Shown here: positions 1-8,214 of the stretch, in pieces | How positions within the stretch are numbered: the stretch's first letter is position 1 | Layout: each line of letters opens with the position of its first letter | Origin: Candidatus Campbellbacteria bacterium GW2011_OD1_34_28 | Lineage (GTDB): Bacteria; Patescibacteriota; Minisyncoccia; Phycocordibacterales; UBA12079 | Direction: 5' to 3' | Length of the DNA stretch: 64,000 nucleotides | Assembly (NCBI GenBank): GCA_001029775.1 | Contig: CP011215.1 | Location: forward strand, 123,187-187,186 | Made by a program: the position numbers and the translations under genes | The notes under the pieces: model-generated | Told to the model about the DNA's origin: nothing | The model's input: only the letters and a program-made list of their open reading frames with translations | Databases searched by the model: none

Positions 1-1135
1 ATTCCATCTGTTGCAATCCCCTCAACGCCAACCCCAGAGCAACGGCAAATCCAGGACCCACTTGTTTTAACAAAGGTGCCAAAAATGCAGGAGCTTCTAC
101 CTTTGAAAAAGGGTCGGAGATCTCTACTTCTACTTCTGTATGGGATTTTGCAAATTCTGTCATGCCGTTGATTATAGATCCTCCTCCTGTGATAACCAAT
201 TTATCTACATTTTTGTTATATTTTTTCTGATACGCTAAAAAAGTTTTATTTACCTCGCCAAAAATATATTCCATACTTGAATAAACAATGTCAGAAACTT
301 CTTTTTCTGTAGGAGTATTCCCAGAAACACCTACTTTTATTTTTTGTTGTTCGGCATCGGTCGCGCTGATTCCTGTTGCTCTCGCAATATTCAATGTTAT
401 ATCTTGTGATCCCCTGCTGATAGAGTGAGAATCCTTGATCATTCCTTTTTCAATAATATATAGTTTTGTAGATCCAGACCCCATATCAAGAACAGCAAAA
501 TTTAGAATATTATGAGAAACAGCCGTTCTGATCGTACTAAAAATTTCTATTTCAAGAAAATTTAAACTTAATCCCGCTCCAGAGACAATTTCTTTTTGTT
601 TTAAAACAGTGTCTCGGTGAATTGCAGCGACCAAAACTTCTGTCTTGGGCACTTCTTCCCTTTTATTACTATTCTCTTCTCCCATAAAGCTTGTAACTGC
701 CATCTCTTCTTTCGGGATAACCTTCCAATCCAAATCCACTTCGGAAATAGGTACCGGAATATATTTTCTCGCTTCAATCGGAATCATTTGTTCCAATTGT
801 TTTTTGTCCATTGTTGGTAGTTGTATATTGAAAACAAGGGAGGATTTTAATGGTATTGAAACGCCACATTCTTTTGTTGTAACATTTGCTTCTTTTAACA
901 AATTTGTTATTGCTTCGCTCAACTGAGCAGAAGAAAGATTGGTTGCCCTACCTGCCTCAATATTTGCATAGGGGCCTAGTGACAGTTCGCCATAAGTTTC
1001 GAGAATTACAACACCATTTTTCTTTTTTAACTGAACAACTTTGATAGACGAAGAGCCAATATCAAGACCCAAAAAGCTGTCGCTTTTGTGCTTTAAAAAA
1101 CCGATATTGGATAATTTGCTAAAAGGATTGAGCAT
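1..1135 (-). CDS. pilM: Type IV pilus assembly protein PilM (actin-like ATPase fold). The N-terminus is at 1135 and the C-terminus runs off the window edge.
   Basis: Open minus-strand frame from the ATG at 1135-1133 to position 1 with no stop. The hand translation begins MLNPFSKLSNIGFLKHKSDSFLGLDIGSSSIKVVQLKK, includes ...LDMGSGSTKLYII..., and reads like PilM/FtsA over about 375 aa. It is absent from the ORF track only because the window edge leaves it without a stop. Confidence 0.8.
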   Translation of the reverse strand, partial: MLNPFSKLSNIGFLKHKSDSFLGLDIGSSSIKVVQLKKKNGVVILETYGELSLGPYANIEAGRATNLSSAQLSEAITNLLKEANVTTKECGVSIPLKSSLVFNIQLPTMDKKQLEQMIPIEARKYIPVPISEVDLDWKVIPKEEMAVTSFMGEENSNKREEVPKTEVLVAAIHRDTVLKQKEIVSGAGLSLNFLEIEIFSTIRTAVSHNILNFAVLDMGSGSTKLYIIEKGMIKDSHSISRGSQDITLNIARATGISATDAEQQKIKVGVSGNTPTEKEVSDIVYSSMEYIFGEVNKTFLAYQKKYNKNVDKLVITGGGSIINGMTEFAKSHTEVEVEISDPFSKVEAPAFLAPLLKQVGPGFAVALGLALRGLQQME

Positions 1136-1222
1136 TATTGTAGAAAATAAAAATTTATTGATTAAATTATAACATATTTTTTAAAGCTAACAGCCAACAG
1201 CTTATAGCGATTTAAAATTTAA

Positions 1223-1897
1223 TTGATAAAATTATCAACAATGAACAAATCTCTCAAAAAAATAGTTGAATATTTTTTAGACATTCTATTCCCCAGAAAT
1301 GAAATCCAAAAGAAACTAGCCACGATGACCGCAGAAGATTTTTTAAACAATATTCCTCGTACCAGACACGACGATAAAAACATCATTACAATATTTGATT
1401 ATCGTAACAAATTTATGAAAGAGGCAATTTGGTCTTTGAAATTTAGAAGAAACACTCGTTTAGCAAAAATCTTTGCTCAAATTATTTATGACGAAATATT
1501 AGAAGATCTTTCCGAGCTCGCTGTATTCCAAAATTTTAAAAACCCGATAATTATACCCATTCCTATTTCTTCAAAGAGAAAAAGGGAGCGTGGTTTTAAT
1601 CAATGCGAATTGATCGCAAACGAACTTTTAAATATCGGGGGTGATATCTTTACATTAGAAAGAAAAGTTTTGATAAAAATCAAAGACACCATTTCCCAAT
1701 CACGCACAAAAAACAAAAAAGAAAGACTGGAAAATTTGAAAGGGTGTTTCTCTGTAAATTACAAAGAAAAGATAAGGGGTAGAAATATTATTTTGTTGGA
1801 CGATGTCACCACGACAGGAACAACACTAAAAGAAGCAAGAAGAATTTTACACCGACATGGTGCAAAAAAGATTATTTGTGTGACGGTGGCGCATTAG
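1223..1897 (+). CDS. comFC: ComF family protein (phosphoribosyltransferase-domain competence protein ComFC). The start may instead be the internal ATG at 1241 (MNKSLKK).
   Basis: C-terminal PRTase signature IILLDDVTTTGTTL and an upstream RGFNQ motif; the size is typical for ComFC. Confidence 0.8.
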   Translation: MIKLSTMNKSLKKIVEYFLDILFPRNEIQKKLATMTAEDFLNNIPRTRHDDKNIITIFDYRNKFMKEAIWSLKFRRNTRLAKIFAQIIYDEILEDLSELAVFQNFKNPIIIPIPISSKRKRERGFNQCELIANELLNIGGDIFTLERKVLIKIKDTISQSRTKNKKERLENLKGCFSVNYKEKIRGRNIILLDDVTTTGTTLKEARRILHRHGAKKIICVTVAH

Positions 1898-2101
1898 ATT
1901 AGTTGGTAGTTGATAGTTTTTAGTTTTTAGGAGATGGGGTTAGTGGAGTTTTTCAGGCTGGAATTGTAATTGACCCCGCCTTGTAAGTTTGTTTTTGCTT
2001 TTTTAAAAATAGAAATCAAAGGTTCTTTGTGCACTGTTTGATATTTTCACTTACCAATTCATCTTAAGCAGTTAATTATCATAAGGACCTAATTCTTTCT
2101 T

Positions 2102-2815
2102 TTAATTCTTTGATTTTTTATTATTCAAATCAATGCCCCTTCCTGCGTAGTACTTTATAAATTCTGACACTAAAACACAATGGTCTTTTTGAGTATTTTG
2201 ACTCGCAAACCCCGACGGATTATGTAATGTTATAGTATTAGTTTTTTTATCATAGCCAGTAACTAAAACAAGATGTCCACCTCGCTGTGTAGCATCAGCA
2301 GTCTTATACCCTCTTATATTTGGGCTTACAGAAACAATTACAATATCACCATTTGATAATAATTTTTGTAATCCTCTAATTCCAAGTCTAGTATAAATCT
2401 TTGCCGACAAACCATAATTTTCTATCCAATCAACAAACTCCTTATAATGCATGCCGGAAATCTCTTGACCCTCTTTTTTATATACTCCATGATTTTTTGC
2501 ATCTTTTGCAAGAGTTACAATTCCTATTTGTTGTTTTTTAAAATGTTGCAAAGCCATTGAAGTACAAGCCATACCACATATAATTAGCACCCATTCCGCA
2601 TATTCTTCCGGAGATTGTGCTCCTGTATTTTTCCAATTTGGATCATTTGTTTTTTCAACCCCATCTTTAAGAATTTTTTCTGCGTATTCTGAGTGTGCAA
2701 ACTGACTTACATACGGAATTTTATTTTCAACAAATTCTTTTTGTTTAAAGAACAACACACTAATAGCAAGTTGCATATTTTGGATCTCATTTTTTATCTT
2801 TGTTAAAAATTTCAT
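2102..2815 (-). CDS. Peptidase C39-like (papain-fold cysteine peptidase) domain protein.
   Basis: Cys in LIICGMACTSMAL and His in GGHLVLVTGYD at the spacing of a C39-like domain. The start is trimmed to MKFLTK at 2815; the track ORF's first 19 codons read through an AT-rich promoter region. Confidence 0.6.
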   Translation of the reverse strand: MKFLTKIKNEIQNMQLAISVLFFKQKEFVENKIPYVSQFAHSEYAEKILKDGVEKTNDPNWKNTGAQSPEEYAEWVLIICGMACTSMALQHFKKQQIGIVTLAKDAKNHGVYKKEGQEISGMHYKEFVDWIENYGLSAKIYTRLGIRGLQKLLSNGDIVIVSVSPNIRGYKTADATQRGGHLVLVTGYDKKTNTITLHNPSGFASQNTQKDHCVLVSEFIKYYAGRGIDLNNKKSKN

Positions 2816-2865
2816 ATTATCTGATATTATAAGATAGTATATAAGAATAAATTGAAAATGATAAG

Positions 2866-2913
2866 AAAACAAAAATACCGCTTGGGCGGTATTTTTGTTT
2901 TGGTCGTGTGGGC
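2866..2913. repeat. Conserved hairpin block, copy 1 of 2: aaaaataccgc-ttgg-gcggtattttt followed by gttttggtcgtgtggg.
   Basis: Perfect 11-bp stem. Copy 2 at 5613-5660 has two substitutions inside the stem (t>c on one arm and a>g on the other) that are complementary to each other, so the hairpin stays perfect, plus the conserved downstream cttttggtcgtg. Confidence 0.7.
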
Positions 2914-3027
2914 TACCTCGGGCTAAGTAATGGTAGGATTAAGCAAAATAAGGTACAGTTGGTGAAAAAGAGAATTGATGGGGGTGCTTTAAATCTAAGA
3001 TTAGAATAAGCAAAAAGGTTGTGACGA

Positions 3028-3525
3028 TTAATTGATAGCTTCTGGTTCGAGGTTCTCTTTAAGGTCTTCGTATAATTTGAGAGCTCCTTTCTTTAAACCC
3101 TCTATAGCAGGTATGTCCTCACCATCTTCCAAAATTTTTATGTAAACAAACCCTAAGTTTTGTGGTACCTCATCTATATTTACCATTTTAGTCACAAGTA
3201 ATGTTCTCACCTGACTATCATTTTCGTAAAATTTATTTTGTTGCAATATATCTAATATAGTTTTTGCCATATTATCAACATCACGGGTCTTATAATCTTT
3301 TTTTGTAGAAGTAAAAAATTGAATTATTGCTACAAAAACTACTTTTGTTGTAGGAAATAATGAAGGGGGTTTATTTTCTGATAAACCAGCGGTTACTACT
3401 TTTTTAAATGTTTTAAGGCTACTGGATTCTTTTTTTCTAACATATATATCAACACCAGATTTTTTATAAGCTTCCTGTGTAGCTGGAATAATCCCATTAA
3501 TAACAAATTCATGATAATTTTTCAT
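3028..3525 (-). CDS. rusA: RusA-like Holliday junction resolvase (crossover junction endodeoxyribonuclease), typically phage-associated.
   Basis: KTRDVDNMAKTILDIL matches the RusA catalytic Asp motif (RxDxDN...K..LDaL); length 165 aa. Confidence 0.6.
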   Translation of the reverse strand: MKNYHEFVINGIIPATQEAYKKSGVDIYVRKKESSSLKTFKKVVTAGLSENKPPSLFPTTKVVFVAIIQFFTSTKKDYKTRDVDNMAKTILDILQQNKFYENDSQVRTLLVTKMVNIDEVPQNLGFVYIKILEDGEDIPAIEGLKKGALKLYEDLKENLEPEAIN

Positions 3526-3836
3526 TTCTTTTTCTTTTTTTCAAAATAAATAGGAGAATTTTCAACAACTGTTGTTTTAGGTCTTTTTTTGGCATCCCTA
3601 ACAGATATAAACTGCCCTGTTTTAGAATCTCTGCCGACAGTATAGTTTCTTGTACGATTATCCTTGCTAGAGTAATGTTCGGTAACAAAACGTCCAGTGT
3701 TTGGGTTTCTATATTTAATATTAAGTTCATCTTTTGATACTGATTTACCTTTTTTATCATAAAAATTAACCCGGGTCTTTTCCCCTTCTGTTTTAGAAAC
3801 AATAAAAAATACTTCCTCTTTTTTCTTTTTTGTCAT
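3522..3836 (-). CDS. Hypothetical small basic protein with an internal duplicated motif (NPNTGRFVT / RDSKTGQFISVRDAKKRPKTTVVE).
   Basis: ORF of 104 aa. Its stop lies within the next (rusA) start codon, suggesting an operon. The motif recurs in the 46-aa paralog at 3977-4117. Confidence 0.45.
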   Translation of the reverse strand: MTKKKKEEVFFIVSKTEGEKTRVNFYDKKGKSVSKDELNIKYRNPNTGRFVTEHYSSKDNRTRNYTVGRDSKTGQFISVRDAKKRPKTTVVENSPIYFEKKKKK

Positions 3837-3976
3837 ACTTATATTTTACACTTTTTGAGTTTGGTTTAAAACTAAAAACACCCGTCTTTCCTGCGGATGC
3901 TTTTAGTTATCTTAAAAATTATTTAAGATAGGCTTCAAAATAATAATTAACTATAAGTTAGTAAATTATTTCTGAA

Positions 3977-4117
3977 TTATTTCTTCGTATCACCATATCC
4001 TGGTTTAGGAACCCTTTCAACTACTGTTGTGTTAGGTCTCCTTTTAGCATCTTTAACAGGTATGAATTGACCTGTTTTAGAATCTCTACCAAGAGTGAAT
4101 GTTTTAGATTTACTCAT
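3977..4117 (-). CDS. Hypothetical 46-aa protein, a paralog of the C-terminus of the 3522-3836 product. Not in the ORF track.
   Basis: Hand translation: MSKSKTFTLGRDSKTGQFIPVKDAKRRPNTTVVERVPKPGYGDTKK. It shares GRDSKTGQFI.V.DAK.RP.TTVVE with the neighbouring gene. Confidence 0.4.
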   Translation of the reverse strand: MSKSKTFTLGRDSKTGQFIPVKDAKRRPNTTVVERVPKPGYGDTKK

Positions 4118-4293
4118 AAAATGAATTTATCTAGGGTTGATAAAAGGGCGTCAGTTGTGATAGAGTAAAAGTGTTAAGGTTTTACATGAACTCGCAACTA
4201 TCGAATAACCGACACGGGACGTTATAGGAAAGAAATCCCTATTCGTTTAAACGCCCAGAAAAGCTACCAAAAATTGGTGGCTTTTCTTGATTT

Positions 4294-4965
4294 TTAAACT
4301 ATCTTATATTTGGAACCCTTGAAAGGTATCTTTAAATGTTCAAGTCTGATTTCAAGGGCCTGTCTCGAAAGACCAAATCTTTCTTCAAATTTTGAAAAGT
4401 AATCATCCAAATTAAATTCAATAAGTATAATTCCATCAACTAGACCAATTTCTTGTAGAAAAGATTCGACCTCAATTTTTGGTGCTAATAAAGTTCCTGC
4501 GTATACATTAGCCTGCCACTCTCTTCTAATATTTGCTGTATCAAGCTTCTTTTTATTTTTACAAGGACTAGAATCTTCCCATCCAGTGATTAGTCCGTCT
4601 TCAGTAGAAAAAAGTGGACCGTGCAAAGATATGTGACCAGATTCATGAGCAATAGTAAATGAGATACGTTTTTGATTAGTACAACCCTCACCGACAATAA
4701 TTTGGCGTGATTCTGGACGTAGATATCCAAGAGTTTCTTCTGTTTCTAGTTCTTGCTGAATAATTTCAAAGCTAACATCAAAATCCCAAAGTTCCTTAAC
4801 AAAATTATCTACATCAATTGGAGTTGGAACGGATTTATTATATTTTTCTTGATATTTTTGGCGATATTTTGCGAGATCACTTAAAACTTGAGATTCAATC
4901 TCTTGTTTTGTTAGTTGATATGTATCAGCTAACGGATTCCATTTTTTAGTTACTCGTATTTTCAT
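4294..4965 (-). CDS. ImmA/IrrE family metallopeptidase (DUF955-type, HEXXH).
   Basis: Contains FTIAHESGHISLH (HExxH). Its start overlaps (ATGA) the stop of the upstream XRE-HTH gene, the classic ImmR/ImmA arrangement. Confidence 0.65.
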   Translation of the reverse strand: MKIRVTKKWNPLADTYQLTKQEIESQVLSDLAKYRQKYQEKYNKSVPTPIDVDNFVKELWDFDVSFEIIQQELETEETLGYLRPESRQIIVGEGCTNQKRISFTIAHESGHISLHGPLFSTEDGLITGWEDSSPCKNKKKLDTANIRREWQANVYAGTLLAPKIEVESFLQEIGLVDGIILIEFNLDDYFSKFEERFGLSRQALEIRLEHLKIPFKGSKYKIV

Positions 4966-5303
4966 TATTTTTTCTTTTTATTAACTTTTCTAAAAAGTAG
5001 TGGTTCTGGTTGCAACTCAATAGAAGATCCTGTTCTCTGAACATCAGCAACATGGTCCTCAAACTTCTCTATTAAATATGCTTGGACAAGATCATCATAC
5101 TCATTTTCGGAAAGATTATATGCATTCTTAATTTTTTTTATAGAATCTATAGGAGGAAGAACTCCAGATTCAAATTTACTAATATACGCATAATAATGCT
5201 CGCCAAAATATGGCTCAAGTTCTTTACTAAGACTTCGGATACTTTTTCCGGGGAAGCGAGCTTCCCTCAAAGATTTTATTTTATTTTTGAATTTATTAAT
5301 CAT
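4965..5303 (-). CDS. XRE-family helix-turn-helix transcriptional regulator (ImmR-like partner of ImmA).
   Basis: 112 aa; HTH-like SIRSLSKELEPYFGEHYYAYISKFESG; translationally coupled to the ImmA gene. Confidence 0.55.
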   Translation of the reverse strand: MINKFKNKIKSLREARFPGKSIRSLSKELEPYFGEHYYAYISKFESGVLPPIDSIKKIKNAYNLSENEYDDLVQAYLIEKFEDHVADVQRTGSSIELQPEPLLFRKVNKKKK

Positions 5304-5440
5304 GTAATTATTGTAACAAATAATAGTTACAGATGCAACACTTATAAAGTAAATAAAAAACCTTGTATTGTTAACAAACCAAGGGTTTTTCTTTATTTAT
5401 TATTTTAGGACTATGGGTCTACCGATAACAAGTATCTCCT

Positions 5441-5600
5441 GCGGAGAGGGAGGGATTCGGTCACAAGTCACTAAGTCTTTTGTTCGCCCTTCGCTATCGC
5501 TACGGGCTCCAAAAGCCAAAGTGTTCGCGACCCCGACTCAGAAAGTTGAAAAATTTAATAAATTTTTCCTTTCTTCCGTCTTTCGAATCCCTCCATCGCA
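5441..5600. repeat. 19-bp direct copy of the tRNA-Ser 3' end (gcggagagggagggattcg, compare 6579-6597), followed by a member of the composite repeat family (gtcacaagtcactaagtcttttgttcg...cgaccccgactc...) that ends in an inverted T-arm fragment (cgaatccctccatcgc).
   Basis: Sequence identity to the tRNA-Ser end; family members also at 6667-7080, 16745-17260 and 58205-58929. Confidence 0.7.
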
Positions 5601-5612
5601 GTTAGCGACACA

Positions 5613-5660
5613 AAAGAAAAACACCGCTTGGGCGGTGTTTTTCTTTTGGTCGTGCGGTGG
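5613..5660. repeat. Conserved hairpin block, copy 2 of 2: aaaaacaccgc-ttgg-gcggtgttttt followed by cttttggtcgtgcgg.
   Basis: See 2866-2913; the stem differences are compensatory. Likely terminator of the 5889-6479 gene. Confidence 0.7.
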
Positions 5661-5888
5661 CGATGTCCGGAAGTTTGAACCATTAAAACGCTTAAATATC
5701 AGGAATCTTGACTTGATTATACGAAAATTGAGACTAATTTACAAAGAAAAACCAGAATATTTCGAGGTGCCAAGTTTTGCAGTTAAAGTTTATTGATGTA
5801 TGCAGTATCCTATACTGTTTTGATAAGGATAATGTATATATCTATTTATCGCTATAATCCGCTACAATCGGCTATATAGTTAACATTA

Positions 5889-6479
5889 TTAATCCCGCTC
5901 AAAATCACTAGAAACTTTAACAGGATATTTGAAATCATCTTTTTCTGTCTCGATAACAGTATGAAAGCCAACTTCCCCGTCTTCTTTAACAAACTGCCAG
6001 GAGCCTTCCGGATCGTTTTTGAAACCAGCCGCATCTACAATATAAATAAAACCCTTTTCGACACTAACAAATTTACCATCGGGTAGAGTGTGAATTTCTA
6101 ATTCAAGAGGACTATCTTCACGAATAAAATATGGGTACCCTAGATTAACATTAATATTAGAATAAATTGACCGCATTATTGCAATTGCTGATTTATTCGC
6201 CGCAAAAATTTTCTTGTGATGAGATTTTAATTTGTCATCCTGTATTTCATGAATTGAGCCATGGAGTAAGAAGCCGTGATTTTGGCAAAGATAATCCAGA
6301 AAATGTTCTGTAGTAATACCTTCTTCTTTCAGCTCCTTTAAATTATCAAGTGAAATTTTTCTGACGCCCTCTGTTTGCGTTTCAAAATACTTTTTATAGA
6401 AGCCCTCCATTAATTTTTGCACCTCGATATTTTCGGGAGTCTGTGTCGGCTGTTCTATCTTTGGTTTTATATTTTCCAT
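5889..6479 (-). CDS. Hypothetical protein of 196 aa, lying between the tRNA-Ser att-like duplication and tRNA-Ser.
   Basis: Clean ORF; no recognisable motif. Confidence 0.5.
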   Translation of the reverse strand: MENIKPKIEQPTQTPENIEVQKLMEGFYKKYFETQTEGVRKISLDNLKELKEEGITTEHFLDYLCQNHGFLLHGSIHEIQDDKLKSHHKKIFAANKSAIAIMRSIYSNINVNLGYPYFIREDSPLELEIHTLPDGKFVSVEKGFIYIVDAAGFKNDPEGSWQFVKEDGEVGFHTVIETEKDDFKYPVKVSSDFERD

Positions 6480-6576
6480 AAGTTCGAATCCCTTGTGGGT
6501 TTATTCATTTTATCAAAATTCGGTTTCAAAATCTATTGAAAAATAAGGGTTAAATTATCTCATTTTTCAAAACTAC

Positions 6577-6666
6577 TGGCGGAGAGGGAGGGATTCGAAC
6601 CCTCGAAGGATATTACTCCTTGCCACGTTAGCAGTGTGGTGGTTTCAGCCTCTCACCCACCTCTCC
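6577..6666 (-). tRNA. tRNA-Ser (anticodon GCU), with long variable arm and encoded CCA.
   Basis: Reverse complement reads GGAGAGGTGGGTGAGAGGCTGAAACCACCACACTGCTAACGTGG...GAGGGTTCGAATCCCTCCCTCTCCGCCA. Acceptor 7-bp GGAGAGG/CCTCTCC, T-arm GAGGG-TTCGAAT-CCCTC, anticodon loop CTGCTAA. Confidence 0.85.
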
Positions 6667-7080
6667 ATGTTTTTTATTCAATTTTTGTCGAAGGATTTTA
6701 GTCACGAGTTACTAATCTTTTTGTTCGTTCTTCGCTACGCTACAAACTCCAAAAATATAAGTACTCTCGACCCCGACTCGACTGTCTCGCTTTGCTCGAC
6801 ATGTCTCCGTCTCTTGATTTCAGACAGAAAGCAAAGAAATTTGCTTTCCTTTCTGCTAAATATTTTTTATAAAAGATAAAAGATATTTAGCAGAACTTAA
6901 ATCAAGCCTTGCCACGTTAGCAGTGTGGTGGTTTCACCCACCTATTTCCTATTCGCCTATCGGCTCATAACGGAAATTTCTTCGCTTCGCTCAGAATCGG
7001 ATTAAAAACAAAGCAGTTTGTTTTTAGTCCTCTCACCCACCCCTGCCTGCCGGCAGGCAGGTCTCCAAAATTCAGTTTTT
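6667..7080. repeat. Non-coding region next to tRNA-Ser. It holds a tRNA-Ser fragment copy (ccttgccacgttagcagtgtggtggtttcac at about 6908-6940), a composite repeat family member (gtcacgagttactaatctttttgttcg...cgaccccgactcg), and the GC palindrome at 7041-7060.
   Basis: Direct sequence comparison with the tRNA gene at 6577-6666 and with 5460-5545. Confidence 0.65.
7041..7060. repeat. GC-rich 20-bp perfect palindrome CCTGCCTGCCGGCAGGCAGG, copy 1. Other copies: 11992-12011, 17026-17045, 56503-56522 and 58306-58325 (all perfect); 61210-61225 (degenerate); and the split variants 8102-8146 and 58789-58831.
   Basis: Exact 20-mer read at each listed position. Confidence 0.8.
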
Positions 7081-7258
7081 AGTTATTAGGTTTTAGTCTA
7101 TAGAAAACAAAAACCGTAATAAAGTGTACAAGAGTACACATACAAGAAGATATCATATTTTAACTTCAAAATCTATCTTTTTTAAAATTGCTTAAATTGC
7201 CCCAATCAAAAAGAGCGATTATATCGCTCTTTTTTGTTTTCTATATCTTTCTTGTTAA

Positions 7259-7942
7259 TTACTCTTGGTTCAAGATTTCTATTTCAGCATCTGCTTTTAA
7301 CTCTTGGAGGTATGTTGCAAATAATTCTTGTTGTTTCTGTTGTGTTATAAAAGCTTTAATTTGTTCAGAAATTTCTGAAAGCTCTGCAAGGTTTTCGTTA
7401 ACAGCAGATTCCTGATCATATGCTGTCTGAATTTCTTCTTCAGTTACTGTGATTGATTCAAGATCAAGAACTTTTTCTAGATATTTTTGAGTAACAAGGT
7501 CTCTTTCTATTTCTGTACGCAAAATATCTTCTGTTGTCCCTTGTGTAGAAAGAGCACTTTGATAAGCTGCTTCATCTTCAAATTGTCCCTTTATTGTTTC
7601 AATCTGTTCATCGATATCACTCTTTGAAACTTTTGTACCATCTTTTTTAACTGCTTGTTCCAACAAAGATTGAGAAATTAGACTATCAAGCGCTTGTGCT
7701 TTCAGTTGTCCAAGAGCTTCTTCATCAAGAGAAGCTTTATCTATCTGTTGTTCAGCAAGCATTTTCAATTCATAAGCGTCAAGATCGTTTTGGGTAATCT
7801 CTATACCATTTACACGAGCAACCACTGCTGAAGAATCTGAATCATCTTTAGGTAAGTTTGTATCTTTAATAAAATAAAAGTAAGCTCCAGCAAGAACAAC
7901 TAGAACTCCTATAACTATTGCGATTAATGTTTTTTGTTGCAT
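7259..7942 (-). CDS. SurA N-terminal-domain-like periplasmic chaperone, membrane-anchored.
   Basis: N-terminal TM (LIAIVIGVLVVLAGAYFYF) and an acidic coiled region resembling SurA_N/PpiD-type chaperones. The assignment rests on composition and architecture only. Confidence 0.4.
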   Translation of the reverse strand: MQQKTLIAIVIGVLVVLAGAYFYFIKDTNLPKDDSDSSAVVARVNGIEITQNDLDAYELKMLAEQQIDKASLDEEALGQLKAQALDSLISQSLLEQAVKKDGTKVSKSDIDEQIETIKGQFEDEAAYQSALSTQGTTEDILRTEIERDLVTQKYLEKVLDLESITVTEEEIQTAYDQESAVNENLAELSEISEQIKAFITQQKQQELFATYLQELKADAEIEILNQE

Positions 7943-8101
7943 ATTTAAAATATTAATTAAATCATGGAAGAACTTCCACCACGAATACTTTTTCTTTAAT
8001 AATATACTTATAGATTAACACGACAACAGCCTGCAACACAAATAAAGCTACTAACATCAAAGAAGCTTATGACCGATAGCGACAACGACGAATGACGTGG
8101 A

Positions 8102-8146
8102 CCTGCCTCTTTTCTGGAAGAAAAGCAACGACACGGCAGGCAGGTC
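8102..8146. repeat. Split variant of the GC palindrome: cctgcct-[cttttctggaagaaaagcaacgacacg]-gcaggcagg. An identical insert (one R difference) occurs at 58789-58831.
   Basis: Direct sequence comparison of the two loci; the insert itself contains a small hairpin cttttc-tggaa-gaaaag. Confidence 0.7.
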
Positions 8147-8214
8147 GCGTCGTTTCACTCGCGAAGACGAAGATTCCATAACGAAGCAGTCCCCATTTCG
8201 TAATTCAAAATACT

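Noticed and set aside
5368-5796. 142-aa plus-strand ORF (5368-5796) spanning the tRNA-Ser att-like copy and hairpin block
   Set aside because: It reads through a tRNA-end duplication, a repeat family member and a terminator hairpin; there is no RBS and the composition is repeat-derived.
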